64,000 nucleotides of DNA. Origin: Fidelibacterota bacterium. Lineage in GTDB: Bacteria; Fidelibacterota; Marinisomatia; Marinisomatales; JAHJCW01. Below are positions 51,284 to 60,645 of the stretch, piece by piece; position 1 is the first letter of the stretch; every line of letters begins with the position of its first letter. The translations under genes and the position numbers were made by a program. Location: positions 20,290 through 84,289 of the forward strand of contig JBHPLN010000003.1 of the NCBI GenBank assembly GCA_042564205.1. The letters are read 5' to 3'. Below the pieces are notes generated by a model. The model had not been told where the DNA came from. It made no database searches and was given only the letters and a program-made list of their open reading frames with translations.

Positions 51284-52075
51284 TTATGTATTTATTTTAG
51301 AGAATCCAAGATTTTTTGAAATTTTATTAGCATGGTACCTTACATCTCGACCAATTGAATCAAATTCCTTTTCATGTATACGCATTGACGGTCCAGTAAT
51401 CCAGATCGCGGCGATAGGGTAACTTTTTCGATTAAATATAGGAGCACCGATACAGTGCATACCCTCTATTTCTTCGGCATGATCAGTGGCAAATCCTTTT
51501 ATTTTCACTTTCTGTAATTCACGAACAAAATCTTGTTCTTTAATAATTGTTTTATCGGTAAATCTTGTGTATTCAATATTTTCAAGCAATGATTTCTGTT
51601 CATCTTTCGGTAAATAAGCTAAAATGGCTTTTGCAGGTGCAGATGTGTGTAGATTAAATGACTTCCCTGGTTCTAGGATAAATCGAAAAGGATGTGTACC
51701 TGTAATTTCTTCTAGAATCACACCTTTGTCACCTTTAATGATACCTAGCGGAACAGTTTCTTTATACTTGTTTTGCAAACTGTGCATCACGGGCAGCGCG
51801 ACCTCTACTAGGGCTGGATCACTTAGAGCTTTCATTCCGATCGAAAGCAATTTGAATGATAAAGTGTATTTCCTTAATTCATCGTTGCGGTTAAGATAGT
51901 CATGATTAAAAAGAGTTGAGGTAATTCGGAACACACTATTACGAGGAACGTTCAGCAGGTTTGACATCTCACTGATTGTTAGGCCTTGTAGATTCTCAGA
52001 CAATAATTCAAATAATTCCAGAGCCCTTTCAAGGTTAGGAACATGATATTTTGAGTTGGTCTTTATGTTGACCAT
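51284..52075 (-). CDS. IclR/KdgR-family transcriptional regulator
   Basis: VPNLERALELFELL, HTH with PRNSVFRI, LHTSAPAKAILA, GFATDHAEEIEGMHCIGAPIF. Confidence 0.93.
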   Translation of the reverse strand: MVNIKTNSKYHVPNLERALELFELLSENLQGLTISEMSNLLNVPRNSVFRITSTLFNHDYLNRNDELRKYTLSFKLLSIGMKALSDPALVEVALPVMHSLQNKYKETVPLGIIKGDKGVILEEITGTHPFRFILEPGKSFNLHTSAPAKAILAYLPKDEQKSLLENIEYTRFTDKTIIKEQDFVRELQKVKIKGFATDHAEEIEGMHCIGAPIFNRKSYPIAAIWITGPSMRIHEKEFDSIGRDVRYHANKISKNLGFSKINT

Positions 52076-52093
52076 TTTGTTTAATATTTAGTC

Positions 52094-52135
52094 ATCCCAA
52101 CCAGATATAATACGATTATGGGATACAACTATCAA
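52094..52135 (-). promoter_or_regulatory. Putative promoter TTGATA-N17-TATTAT overlapped by ATCCCA/TGGGAT inverted repeat
   Basis: -35 at 52130-52135, -10 at 52107-52112; inverted arms at 52094-52099 and 52119-52124. Confidence 0.4.
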
Positions 52136-52223
52136 GATAATATTAATTATTTTTAAAAAATATTTTCCTTATAGCAAGCACTATTTGCAGACCAATTTGT
52201 TAGAAATTATATGAAGTTTTATG

Positions 52224-53456
52224 TTATCTTTTTTCTACAGTGAAGTATGTTCCCCATAACTCTTCGAAATTATTTTCTCCTACTTCATAGTAAACCTGGA
52301 TTTGATCAGGTGCTGTTTCTTCAACAAAATTAGTTGCGCCTCCGGCACCAAACTGAAATGCGCCTTTCCACGATTTGCCATTATCATCGGAAAAGATCAG
52401 CCAATTCCCGGGACGACTATATGTACAAACAAGGATTCCATTGCTCAGTGTAATAACACTTGGACAAACACCCCTATCAGCGATCTGTTCGGGAGGCGAC
52501 CAGGTTTTACCGTCGTCACTGGAGCGGGAACAGTAAAGTGGTGTTGGAAAAAGATTAACTCCCATTTTTGGATTACGTCCGCCTGAACGCATCACACAGA
52601 CCAGATCACCATTTGATGCAATAGTGAGATCCGACTCACGGAATCCTTCCATCGTGATAGCCGGAACCAGCATAGGTCTGCCGGCACGACTTTCGGGAAT
52701 ACTCTTCCCAACCATGTCATGATCGAGAGGAATCCCGCGTCCCAGCATTTTATCATAAGCTACATGTACGTGATCTCCCCATGTCTTTCCTTTATCCTTA
52801 GAAAATACGACCACTGTGCGGTATTTTCTCTGATTCAGTTCACTTGGATATCCAGCGCACAAAAGTACATCGCCTTCATAGTTACCATACATACTACCAA
52901 CAAGATCGCCGTTGGGAAGTTGTACAAGACCATGATGGAACAGAAAACCATCAACACGACCGCCGCTTCCCGTAACAGTATAAGATGCATTGGGTATATC
53001 CAGTTCAGCCTGTTCGGTTTCTATCGTTTTCCAATTATCTGTTGATCGCTTCAAACGTAATGACAATTTACCGTCCGGGCGCCTCTTCGAATTGCGTCCG
53101 ATACTGAGTATCTCACCATTTCCAAGATCAAGAGCTGTCTTATCAATCTGTACTTCCGGCCCCGCTTGCCAAGTTAATCCATTATCATATGACCACATCG
53201 AATTTTCCCCATTTCCAGTGACGATACGGCCGTCTTTGAATTGAAAAGCCTGTGCAGTTTTAATTGGCAGTGGCGTGTTAATTATGACAGATTTTTCAAG
53301 TTTAACATCAATCCCAACAATATCTGGAATTACAATATTATAATCTTGAGCAACTATCGTTTGGAAATTAATTTGAAGTATAATAAAACTAATGACAGTA
53401 ATATTGCGATTTCGATTTGATATTTTGTGAATAAAGTATTTTAATGTTTTTACCAT
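52224..53456 (-). CDS. BNR/Asp-box (sialidase-fold) protein
   Basis: SYDNGLTW, SKDKGKTW, SSDDGKTW, SDDNGKSW. Confidence 0.82.
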   Translation of the reverse strand: MVKTLKYFIHKISNRNRNITVISFIILQINFQTIVAQDYNIVIPDIVGIDVKLEKSVIINTPLPIKTAQAFQFKDGRIVTGNGENSMWSYDNGLTWQAGPEVQIDKTALDLGNGEILSIGRNSKRRPDGKLSLRLKRSTDNWKTIETEQAELDIPNASYTVTGSGGRVDGFLFHHGLVQLPNGDLVGSMYGNYEGDVLLCAGYPSELNQRKYRTVVVFSKDKGKTWGDHVHVAYDKMLGRGIPLDHDMVGKSIPESRAGRPMLVPAITMEGFRESDLTIASNGDLVCVMRSGGRNPKMGVNLFPTPLYCSRSSDDGKTWSPPEQIADRGVCPSVITLSNGILVCTYSRPGNWLIFSDDNGKSWKGAFQFGAGGATNFVEETAPDQIQVYYEVGENNFEELWGTYFTVEKR

Positions 53457-53561
53457 TTATTCCTCCATATATATGTAATAATAAAATTTTACTGTCATCA
53501 AATTATGGCAAAATGATTATTCTATCATAATTGAATTATTCACATTTGTTTTATTTCAACT

Positions 53562-56252
53562 TCAATATTTAAGATTTCTTTTAAAAGTGTGAAAACCAGA
53601 GCCTACATTGTCAAAAACAATAAAGTCACCATCTCGATCTAGTATCCCATTAACAATATGTCCATCAACTTCGACTTCTGTACCACTATTGTGCATTTTC
53701 TTAATAAAGACTTTTGCTGTTGTATTGGCAGGAATATTTATTCCCACATCATAGGTTTTGGCATTTAAAGTAACATTGACATGGACTGTTCCCCTGATCG
53801 TTGGAAAATCAATATTTGCAAATTTGAGATTCCCTATTTGTGGTTTAATCGATATTTTCTTAAATCCCGGTTCAAGAGGATTTATTCCCATAAGTCCTCT
53901 CTGTATCATATTGCCAGCAGAACTTCCCCACGTATGGCTCTTAGACATATCAAGTTTACCGGAAGGATCCCAGGCTTCAGTAGTATTTGCAGCATTCAAT
54001 TCATGCATTACATGATACCATGAATTTTTGTCTTTAGAGACAATTAATTCCAATGCTTTTGCACCCTGATTTAATTTATACAGAGACCCTAAATAAAATT
54101 GTGATCCGAAAACACCACAGTCCATATTTCTAGTAACAAGATAACTCGCAATATCGTCTTTTATTTCTTCCTCAACTAGATCAAAAAATATGGGAAAAAA
54201 CGAAGAGTGAAAGGCTGCATGGGAAGCATTGATACCATCAATGTATCTCTTAATCTTCTTGCTGTAAAATGTTTTATTGTAACTATTTTTAATAGAGTTA
54301 GCCAGTTTACCAATTTTAACGCTCTCGGCAGAATAATTTTGATTAGGATAATAATGATCCAGATATCCAGCCATCTTAGAAAGATGATTATAAGCATAGT
54401 AATTCCATCCATTTAATACATTATCAATGAAGGTGTTATTGGGATCATCATCCTCATAATTATAACCGTCAAGGTATGGTGGTGGCCAATCAAGTGCGGA
54501 GGCAGCAATATTTTCAATTAAGAAATTCGTACTACAGTCAACATCATATTTTTTTTCTTTTAATAAATCCCAATGCTGCTTTATCGATTCAATATTTCCC
54601 GTATAAAGAAAATCTTCCCACGCCATTAATATTGACTGCATTTTATATTCATGTGGCCAAGTAGGTTCAAAGTATTGATACTCTGATGCAAATCTGGCGA
54701 GGGCATATTCCCTATCCATCGTGTACGAAGTCATCTGCTGAATTATTGCACCGCCTTCATAAGCTAGTCTTTCATTCTGTGGAGTATCCCAGTAAAAATC
54801 AACATTAAGATGCTTGATGCTTTTTTTGCAGAATTCATATATTTCATCAAGTAGAGGATTTGAACTAGAAAAACTTCCGGCCTTATCATTAAAAGGATTC
54901 CTTATTGCCACAAATTTTATATTTGAATCGTCAAGAATGTCTAAGCCTTCATATCCCCTGATCTGCAATGAATCGGTCCAGACGTAGCCCACTTCATCAA
55001 GGATCTGGGAACTCTCGTTGATAATCCATTTGCTCCAGTCAATTGCAGTCCATGGATAAATATCTCTTTCACCCCTGATTGTAATAGTATCGCCTGGAGA
55101 AGCATTATCGAGTTTTAGCCTAAGCCAACCGAAGTTGCCTCCGCCTAAAGAAATATCATAATCACCATTCCCAAGATATTCAATTGTTTTTGGAGTGATT
55201 TCCTCAATTTCAAACGGAAGTTTAGATACAGCCATAAGTCTATCATAATATTGATGTCTCTCCCTAGCATTCTCCCAATCGCTATCATCAAATGCTGTTG
55301 TCATCCAGCCAACAGGCATTTTTCTCGAGTCGATACTCTCATAAGGATCAACATAGTGATAGGCATTAGTGGTTTTTGTACCGTGAGGATTGTAAATGTA
55401 TTGCGCATTGTATGATTTCCATGTTTGATCAGTAATAATAGTTGTGTCGCTATTCTCATATTGAATATGTAACTGCATCAAAAAACTTTTTTCTTTTAAC
55501 GATGATTCACATATCGCAGAGAATACATTAACAGAATTATTAATTAGATATTCAGTAACATCATAGCCAAGATAAGTTACCTTATCGTGATAACCCTGGA
55601 AAGGCCCAATGCCAACTAATTGGCTATTTATATAGAATTTATAAGCGGGAGATTTCTGAATCCGGGCATCCATTGAGGTAACAAAAGCAATCGCGTATTT
55701 TATTTTTTCCTTTGGTAGAGTTAACTTTTTCCTGAAATATGCAAAATCGCCAACATCTTCATTTGGCTTATTTGAACCATCCCAAATTGGTTTGGCAATC
55801 CAGTCAGAAAAACCTAATGATTTAATAAACCTGCCAGTTGAAGAATATGGACTCATATTTCCATCTTTATCCCAGTTTCTCACTTTCCAAAAATATAATT
55901 TACCATTCTGTAATTGTACACTCTCTTTGCCGTAAGATACATTTATTGATTCATCACTTTTTACTATACCAGAGTCCCACATGTCTCCTTCATTGTTCAT
56001 CAATTTTTCTATACTAGATGCGACCAATATTTGATATGCAGTCTGATATTCATTTTTATCTGTGTCATTCATTATCCAGCCGAACTCCGGATGGGTATCA
56101 GCTACCAGAATTACATCTGTTCCATTATTGGCAATTTCAATAGTTAATCCGGTGGGAGTATCTGGGTCAGCCGCAAATAATTGAATATTAAAAAGGAAAA
56201 TTCCAATGATAATATTGAATACTCTGATTTTCAAATTGTAAATATTAATCAT
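53562..56252 (-). CDS. GH78-like alpha-L-rhamnosidase
   Basis: QTAYQILVASS...MWDSG, YFWKVRNWD, DTPQNER, TTEAW, SHTW, GINPLEPGFKKISIKPQ, PTIRG. Confidence 0.85.
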   Translation of the reverse strand: MINIYNLKIRVFNIIIGIFLFNIQLFAADPDTPTGLTIEIANNGTDVILVADTHPEFGWIMNDTDKNEYQTAYQILVASSIEKLMNNEGDMWDSGIVKSDESINVSYGKESVQLQNGKLYFWKVRNWDKDGNMSPYSSTGRFIKSLGFSDWIAKPIWDGSNKPNEDVGDFAYFRKKLTLPKEKIKYAIAFVTSMDARIQKSPAYKFYINSQLVGIGPFQGYHDKVTYLGYDVTEYLINNSVNVFSAICESSLKEKSFLMQLHIQYENSDTTIITDQTWKSYNAQYIYNPHGTKTTNAYHYVDPYESIDSRKMPVGWMTTAFDDSDWENARERHQYYDRLMAVSKLPFEIEEITPKTIEYLGNGDYDISLGGGNFGWLRLKLDNASPGDTITIRGERDIYPWTAIDWSKWIINESSQILDEVGYVWTDSLQIRGYEGLDILDDSNIKFVAIRNPFNDKAGSFSSSNPLLDEIYEFCKKSIKHLNVDFYWDTPQNERLAYEGGAIIQQMTSYTMDREYALARFASEYQYFEPTWPHEYKMQSILMAWEDFLYTGNIESIKQHWDLLKEKKYDVDCSTNFLIENIAASALDWPPPYLDGYNYEDDDPNNTFIDNVLNGWNYYAYNHLSKMAGYLDHYYPNQNYSAESVKIGKLANSIKNSYNKTFYSKKIKRYIDGINASHAAFHSSFFPIFFDLVEEEIKDDIASYLVTRNMDCGVFGSQFYLGSLYKLNQGAKALELIVSKDKNSWYHVMHELNAANTTEAWDPSGKLDMSKSHTWGSSAGNMIQRGLMGINPLEPGFKKISIKPQIGNLKFANIDFPTIRGTVHVNVTLNAKTYDVGINIPANTTAKVFIKKMHNSGTEVEVDGHIVNGILDRDGDFIVFDNVGSGFHTFKRNLKY

Positions 56253-56560
56253 CTGATTTTCTCCGAATTATTGCAAACCTTTTATAAACAAAATACGTTT
56301 AGTATATCGTTTTTCCATTAAAGAAAGTTATAGGAAATTATATAATTATTTATTCTCAATAGAACAATAATAAATTGGGAAAAAACAAGTAATATATCTG
56401 TTTAATAATGGTTTAATGTATGATTGTACGCTTAGCAATTCAACAGTACATGAAATTCAATTACATTTCAGTTTTTAGCACTTTAATAACTGTTGATATA
56501 TTGTGCACTATAGTGGATAAAAAATTAACCTAGTGGTTATGTATTTTGTCGTCGATCTTT

Positions 56561-56620
56561 GAGGAGTACCCGGGGTCGGACTCGAACCGATACGAGTTCT
56601 TAACTTGAGAGATTTTAAGT
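56561..56620 (-). repeat. Degenerate 3' half of tRNA-Leu(TAA), att-like copy 3
   Basis: Minus strand ACTTAAAATCTCTC...ATCGG TTCGAGT CCGAC CCCGGGT A CTCCTC; intact TAA anticodon loop, no 5' half. Confidence 0.88.
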
Positions 56621-57152
56621 TTCAAGACATAGTGTGATATATTCTATTATTACCGATCTTACGGGAATGTAACAAAAAGGGTATTACTCTAGATTCCAGT
56701 CAAATGCAATTTTTGGTATTTATCCTCATACCTTAATACTATGATTTTTTTGTTTGTGCTTATAATCCGAGTCGTGAATTACCTATTGATTATTAAAAAC
56801 TAGATAGGACTTATTATTCATTTCGATGTACTGATAAGGAAATTCGAATAATGATTTCAGGGATTCCCTGATTGCAATTAAATATGATTAGTGTTATTAT
56901 TCAATATCAGGTGAGTTTAATTAATCTATCTTGTTAATATTTTAGTATGTTAGCCGATGGGGGAATTGTTACCATGAAATATGTAAAAAGTTTCATTGTG
57001 TCTATTTTAAAAGGTAATTCTACGCAATGGAATGATTCGGATTTCGTAATTGAAAATAGCAAGGTTTTCATCAATATGATTAATTCACTCATGTCCCCTT
57101 TTACTCATACGTACAAAAATCACTTTCAAGAATATTAGATCGGAGGATAAAC

Positions 57153-58538
57153 ATGACAAAGATACTTATTCGGATTCTTCTATTAACATGCACAGTATTT
57201 TTTGTTTCACAGATTAGCGCTCAAAATGTTGAAGCAAAACTGGGCGGTAATACAGCTGCTGAGGCTTTTGTAGTACAAAACTCAGACGGAACAATTCTTT
57301 TTAAAATCCAAGGTGATGGTAGAGTTGGGATAGGAGAACCAAATCCAGGATTTAAATTGCACGTTTTACAAGATCTTCCTGGAGAACCAGGATCATTTGT
57401 TATGCATATTGGAGATGGACCTGCTGGACAATTCATCATAACTGATCCCAATAATGGTCATCCGGGAATAATTAGTGAACATCATGGTGTTGGTCCAGGG
57501 ATTCATTCTGCAAAGCTTGGCGAAGGTGGGTATGCTGGAGAATTTGTAACTGGTAATCCAAACAACCAGGACCCCGTATTAAGAGCAGAGCATCATGGTC
57601 AAGGACCTGCTGGACAATTTATTGTTACACCTCCTGACAACCAATCACCCACACTAATTAGTGAAAATCACGGTGTTGGAACATCTGGATTATTTATTGC
57701 GACAAATCCTGACAACCCATCAGCCGCACTAACTAGTGAAAATCATGGTGGTGGTCCAAGTGGACAATTTGTTTTAACACATCCTGACAACCCATCACCC
57801 ACACTAATTAGTGAAAATCACGGCAGTGGGCCAGGAATTTTTGCAGTGAAACATAGTATTAATGGATTCGCGGGAGAATTTCTTACGTTCAATAATGATA
57901 ATAATGATCCAGTTATAAGAGGTGAGCATCACGGTGGCGGTCCTGTTGGACAATTTACCACAGTAAATTCTGACAACAGTGCACCTACAATTATCAGTGA
58001 AAATAACGGCGTTGGTCCGGGCATTCATGCCATTAAACATGGTGTGGGTGGACCCGCTGGAGAATTTTTAATAGTTAACCCCATCAATGATGCACCAACC
58101 ATAAGAGCTGAACACCATGGCGAAGGGGCTGTATTAGAAGCCCAAAACTTTGGGAATGGCAATGCTGGAAGATTCGGGATTGAAAATGGAGCAAGCACAA
58201 GAACCACAATTTATACTTATAATAGAGGTAATGGACCAACTATTGTTGGAAATAATATGGGCGGAGGCTCTTCTGCTATATTTCGAAATAGAAATGTTCC
58301 TGGTAATCCTGATCCGGTTCTAATTGTAGAAACAGAAGGATCAGGTCCAGCCATTCAAGCAGATAGTAATGTTGAAATTGAGTTTGGCGATCTAACAGGA
58401 GATCCAGATGTTGAACTCGGCCAAGGGACTTCTGACCCTAATGTATCTTACCTGGCCTTAAGAAGTCCAGATGGTACAAAATATTACATCACAGTCGACA
58501 ATGGTGGTCTTTTATCAGCTTCCACTACTAAACCATAG
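57153..58538 (+). CDS. Secreted repeat protein, probable trimeric beta-fibre/adhesin
   Basis: Signal peptide; GRVGIG motif; eight 25-aa repeats ending E(H/N)(H/N)GxG; C-terminal LRSPDGTKYYITVDNGGLL. Confidence 0.7.
   Translation: MTKILIRILLLTCTVFFVSQISAQNVEAKLGGNTAAEAFVVQNSDGTILFKIQGDGRVGIGEPNPGFKLHVLQDLPGEPGSFVMHIGDGPAGQFIITDPNNGHPGIISEHHGVGPGIHSAKLGEGGYAGEFVTGNPNNQDPVLRAEHHGQGPAGQFIVTPPDNQSPTLISENHGVGTSGLFIATNPDNPSAALTSENHGGGPSGQFVLTHPDNPSPTLISENHGSGPGIFAVKHSINGFAGEFLTFNNDNNDPVIRGEHHGGGPVGQFTTVNSDNSAPTIISENNGVGPGIHAIKHGVGGPAGEFLIVNPINDAPTIRAEHHGEGAVLEAQNFGNGNAGRFGIENGASTRTTIYTYNRGNGPTIVGNNMGGGSSAIFRNRNVPGNPDPVLIVETEGSGPAIQADSNVEIEFGDLTGDPDVELGQGTSDPNVSYLALRSPDGTKYYITVDNGGLLSASTTKP
57632..57823 (+). 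repeat. Near-identical 42 bp direct repeats 150 bp apart inside the fibre-like gene
   Basis: tcctgacaacc(a/c)atcacccacactaattagtgaaaatcacgg at 57632 and 57782. Confidence 0.9.
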
Positions 58539-58547
58539 GAACCTGTA

Positions 58548-59522
58548 ATGAGCAGATTAGTAAAAATCTGTCTTGCTATGATCCTCCTCAGTGGATTCGT
58601 TACATCTCAGGAGAACTTGTTTATTATTAATGGTTCGGATAATGCAGCCACCTCGTCGCACGTTTCAGTCACAGCCAACGGTGACAACAAGGCACAACTG
58701 TGCGCTGATGAAATCTTAATTTCAGGACAAGCAACAATTTCAACCTGGGGACCTGAAGCTACCTGTGGGATATTAATAGGGACACTGGTATATGTAGAAA
58801 TTGACATCATGCCAGGCGATGAATCTAATTTAATCAATTGTACAAAAGAGACTGGTGTACTCCCTGTAGCCATACTTTCTACTTCCAGTTTTAATGCAAC
58901 AACGATTGATCATACAACAGTTCGTATTGGAAAAGGTGGTACTTGGGCTGCTGAAAAACATATTAATAAAAAAACCGGTATTCCAAAGCGTCACGTAGAG
59001 GATGTGGATGAAGATGGGGACATGGATCTAGTATTCCATTTTAAATACGGTGAAACTGGAATTACATGCGAGGATACTGATGCCTGTTTAAGAGGTGAAA
59101 CCTACAGCGGTACTGTAATCACCGGCTGTAGTCCAATTTCTATTGAAATTAAAACTTCCACAAAACTAATAGTAGATACTGAAGAAACAAAAGATGTAGA
59201 TATGACAGAAACCGCTGAATCGATGGATATATTGAAGCTACCAGAAAAGTACTCATTGGGATCAAATTATCCAAATCCCTTCAATCCTATAACAACGATC
59301 AAATACCAGTTACCAGAAAATAGTTATGTAACTCTCACCATTTATGATATTATGGGAAGAGAAATACGACAATTGATTAATCAGAGTCAACAAGCTGGAT
59401 TTAAATCAATAATATGGGATTCGAAAGATCAATATGGTAAATCTGTGAGCGGAGGAGTTTATATTTATCACCTCCAGGCTGGATCATTTAGTAAGTCAAT
59501 GAAGATGATTCTTTTAAAATAA
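58548..59522 (+). CDS. Secreted protein with IDIxPG-type domain and FlgD/T9SS-like C-terminal domain
   Basis: VEIDIMPG...GVLPVAIL...EDVDEDGDMDLVFHF; NYPNPFNP...WDSKDQYG...GVYIY...KMILLK. Confidence 0.8.
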   Translation: MSRLVKICLAMILLSGFVTSQENLFIINGSDNAATSSHVSVTANGDNKAQLCADEILISGQATISTWGPEATCGILIGTLVYVEIDIMPGDESNLINCTKETGVLPVAILSTSSFNATTIDHTTVRIGKGGTWAAEKHINKKTGIPKRHVEDVDEDGDMDLVFHFKYGETGITCEDTDACLRGETYSGTVITGCSPISIEIKTSTKLIVDTEETKDVDMTETAESMDILKLPEKYSLGSNYPNPFNPITTIKYQLPENSYVTLTIYDIMGREIRQLINQSQQAGFKSIIWDSKDQYGKSVSGGVYIYHLQAGSFSKSMKMILLK

Positions 59523-59550
59523 TGTAATCTTCCTATCTAATTAATAAAAC

Positions 59551-59587
59551 AATAGCCTCGGAAATTTTATCCGGGGCTATTACTTTC
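59551..59587 (+). terminator. Rho-independent terminator
   Basis: aatagcctcgga-aatttta-tccggggctatt followed by acttt. Confidence 0.7.
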
Positions 59588-59647
59588 AACCGAACGCTTC
59601 CTAATACTCTAGTATTCTTACCTTTATTTACTTACGTTATACAATAG

Positions 59648-59762
59648 TGTCATAAACTATCATATTTATAGCATTTTAAGGGAAGAAAAAAGGACAGTAA
59701 ATATTACCCTATTTTGTTGTTTTCTCATTAATCATTGGGGAGTACCCAGGGTCGGAATCAAA
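59648..59762 (-). repeat. Truncated tRNA-Leu 3' fragment (copy 4, 59737-59762) with about 90 bp flank homologous to the copy 1 flank
   Basis: ggggagtacccagggtcggaatcaaa; flank tgtcataaactatcatatttatagcatttt..gaaaaaaggacagtaa matches tgtcataaatagtcatatttatagcatttt..gaaaaaagggcagtaa at 24704. Confidence 0.82.
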
Positions 59763-59817
59763 GCGTACAATATTATATATCAAAACCCCCCACCTCCTTA
59801 TTAGTGGGTGGTGTGTA

Positions 59818-60234
59818 TTAATCTCCCCTCATCATATATTGATTGTTCGGGTATAGATGTTTATCTAATGCATTATACAGCTGATCATAACTATAAGGTT
59901 TTACCATAAGATCAGTGAACCCTTTTTCAATTATGTCATTTTCTATTTCTCTACTACAATATGCAGTTACTGAGATAATTGGCAAATTTCTGTATTTTAT
60001 TTGATCTCTTATTTCATACATTAGTTCAAATCCATCCATTCCCTCTCCAAGATTAATATCAACCAATGCGCAATCAATATCTAACGTATTTAATTGATTT
60101 AACGCTTTTTCAGCATTTTTGGCAACAACAACATTAAATCCGCGTCTCTTTAATAAATAGGTTAGATACTCGGCCTGATCATCCAAATCTTCAACGACCA
60201 GGATGGTTAGAAACTGATTATTCCTATCCCCCAT
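59818..60234 (-). CDS. Single-domain response regulator (CheY-like receiver)
   Basis: ILVVED, LVDINLGEGMDG, ISVTAY, MVKPY. Confidence 0.92.
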   Translation of the reverse strand: MGDRNNQFLTILVVEDLDDQAEYLTYLLKRRGFNVVVAKNAEKALNQLNTLDIDCALVDINLGEGMDGFELMYEIRDQIKYRNLPIISVTAYCSREIENDIIEKGFTDLMVKPYSYDQLYNALDKHLYPNNQYMMRGD

Positions 60235-60607
60235 AATTCCCCCAAACTATAATAAATAAATCCCTCACCTTCAAAATTGTAACGGTAATTGTAATACTTA
60301 TTATCAATATAAATCAATTGCGAAAAACCTGAAAATTGCCATCGATTTTCCTGATATAATTGAAATATCGACTTATTCCTAACATTAAGTATTGTTTTCT
60401 AAGCTTCTATTATTTTAGTGGTCTTGTCAAATTTTTTATTGAATACCACTTTCAAATAATCCTTTGGAAATTTTGTATATATTTCTGTTACCGACGAATG
60501 ACCAAGTAATTCCTGAACCAAATGCTTCTCCCCCAGTTCAACCAATTTCATTAATGCAAATGTATGTCTGTCAGAGAGGGCAACGCAAGTTACACAAAAT
60601 TGAATTA

Positions 60608-60640
60608 TTTGCGTTTACCAACTGAACTCACGTACCTTTG
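60608..60640 (+). promoter_or_regulatory. Putative promoter TTTG-N21-TACCTTTG
   Basis: Exact Bacteroidota-type consensus ending 5 nt before the ATG at 60646. Confidence 0.6.
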
Positions 60641-60645
60641 CAAAT

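Noticed and set aside
56561-56620. Functional tRNA-Leu genes at the repeat copies
   Set aside because: All lack the 5' acceptor strand and D-arm and have T-stem mismatches; treated as att-like fragments.
56947-57138. 63 aa ORF upstream of the fibre-like gene
   Set aside because: No SD or motif; AT-rich spacer; likely spurious.
57420-58130. CRISPR array or DGR template/variable repeat
   Set aside because: Repeats are in-frame coding units; no unique spacers, cas genes or reverse transcriptase in the window.
59781-59812. IS200/IS605-like end hairpin next to repeat copy 4
   Set aside because: Short imperfect stem followed by TTTT on the minus strand; better explained as the response-regulator terminator; no transposase.
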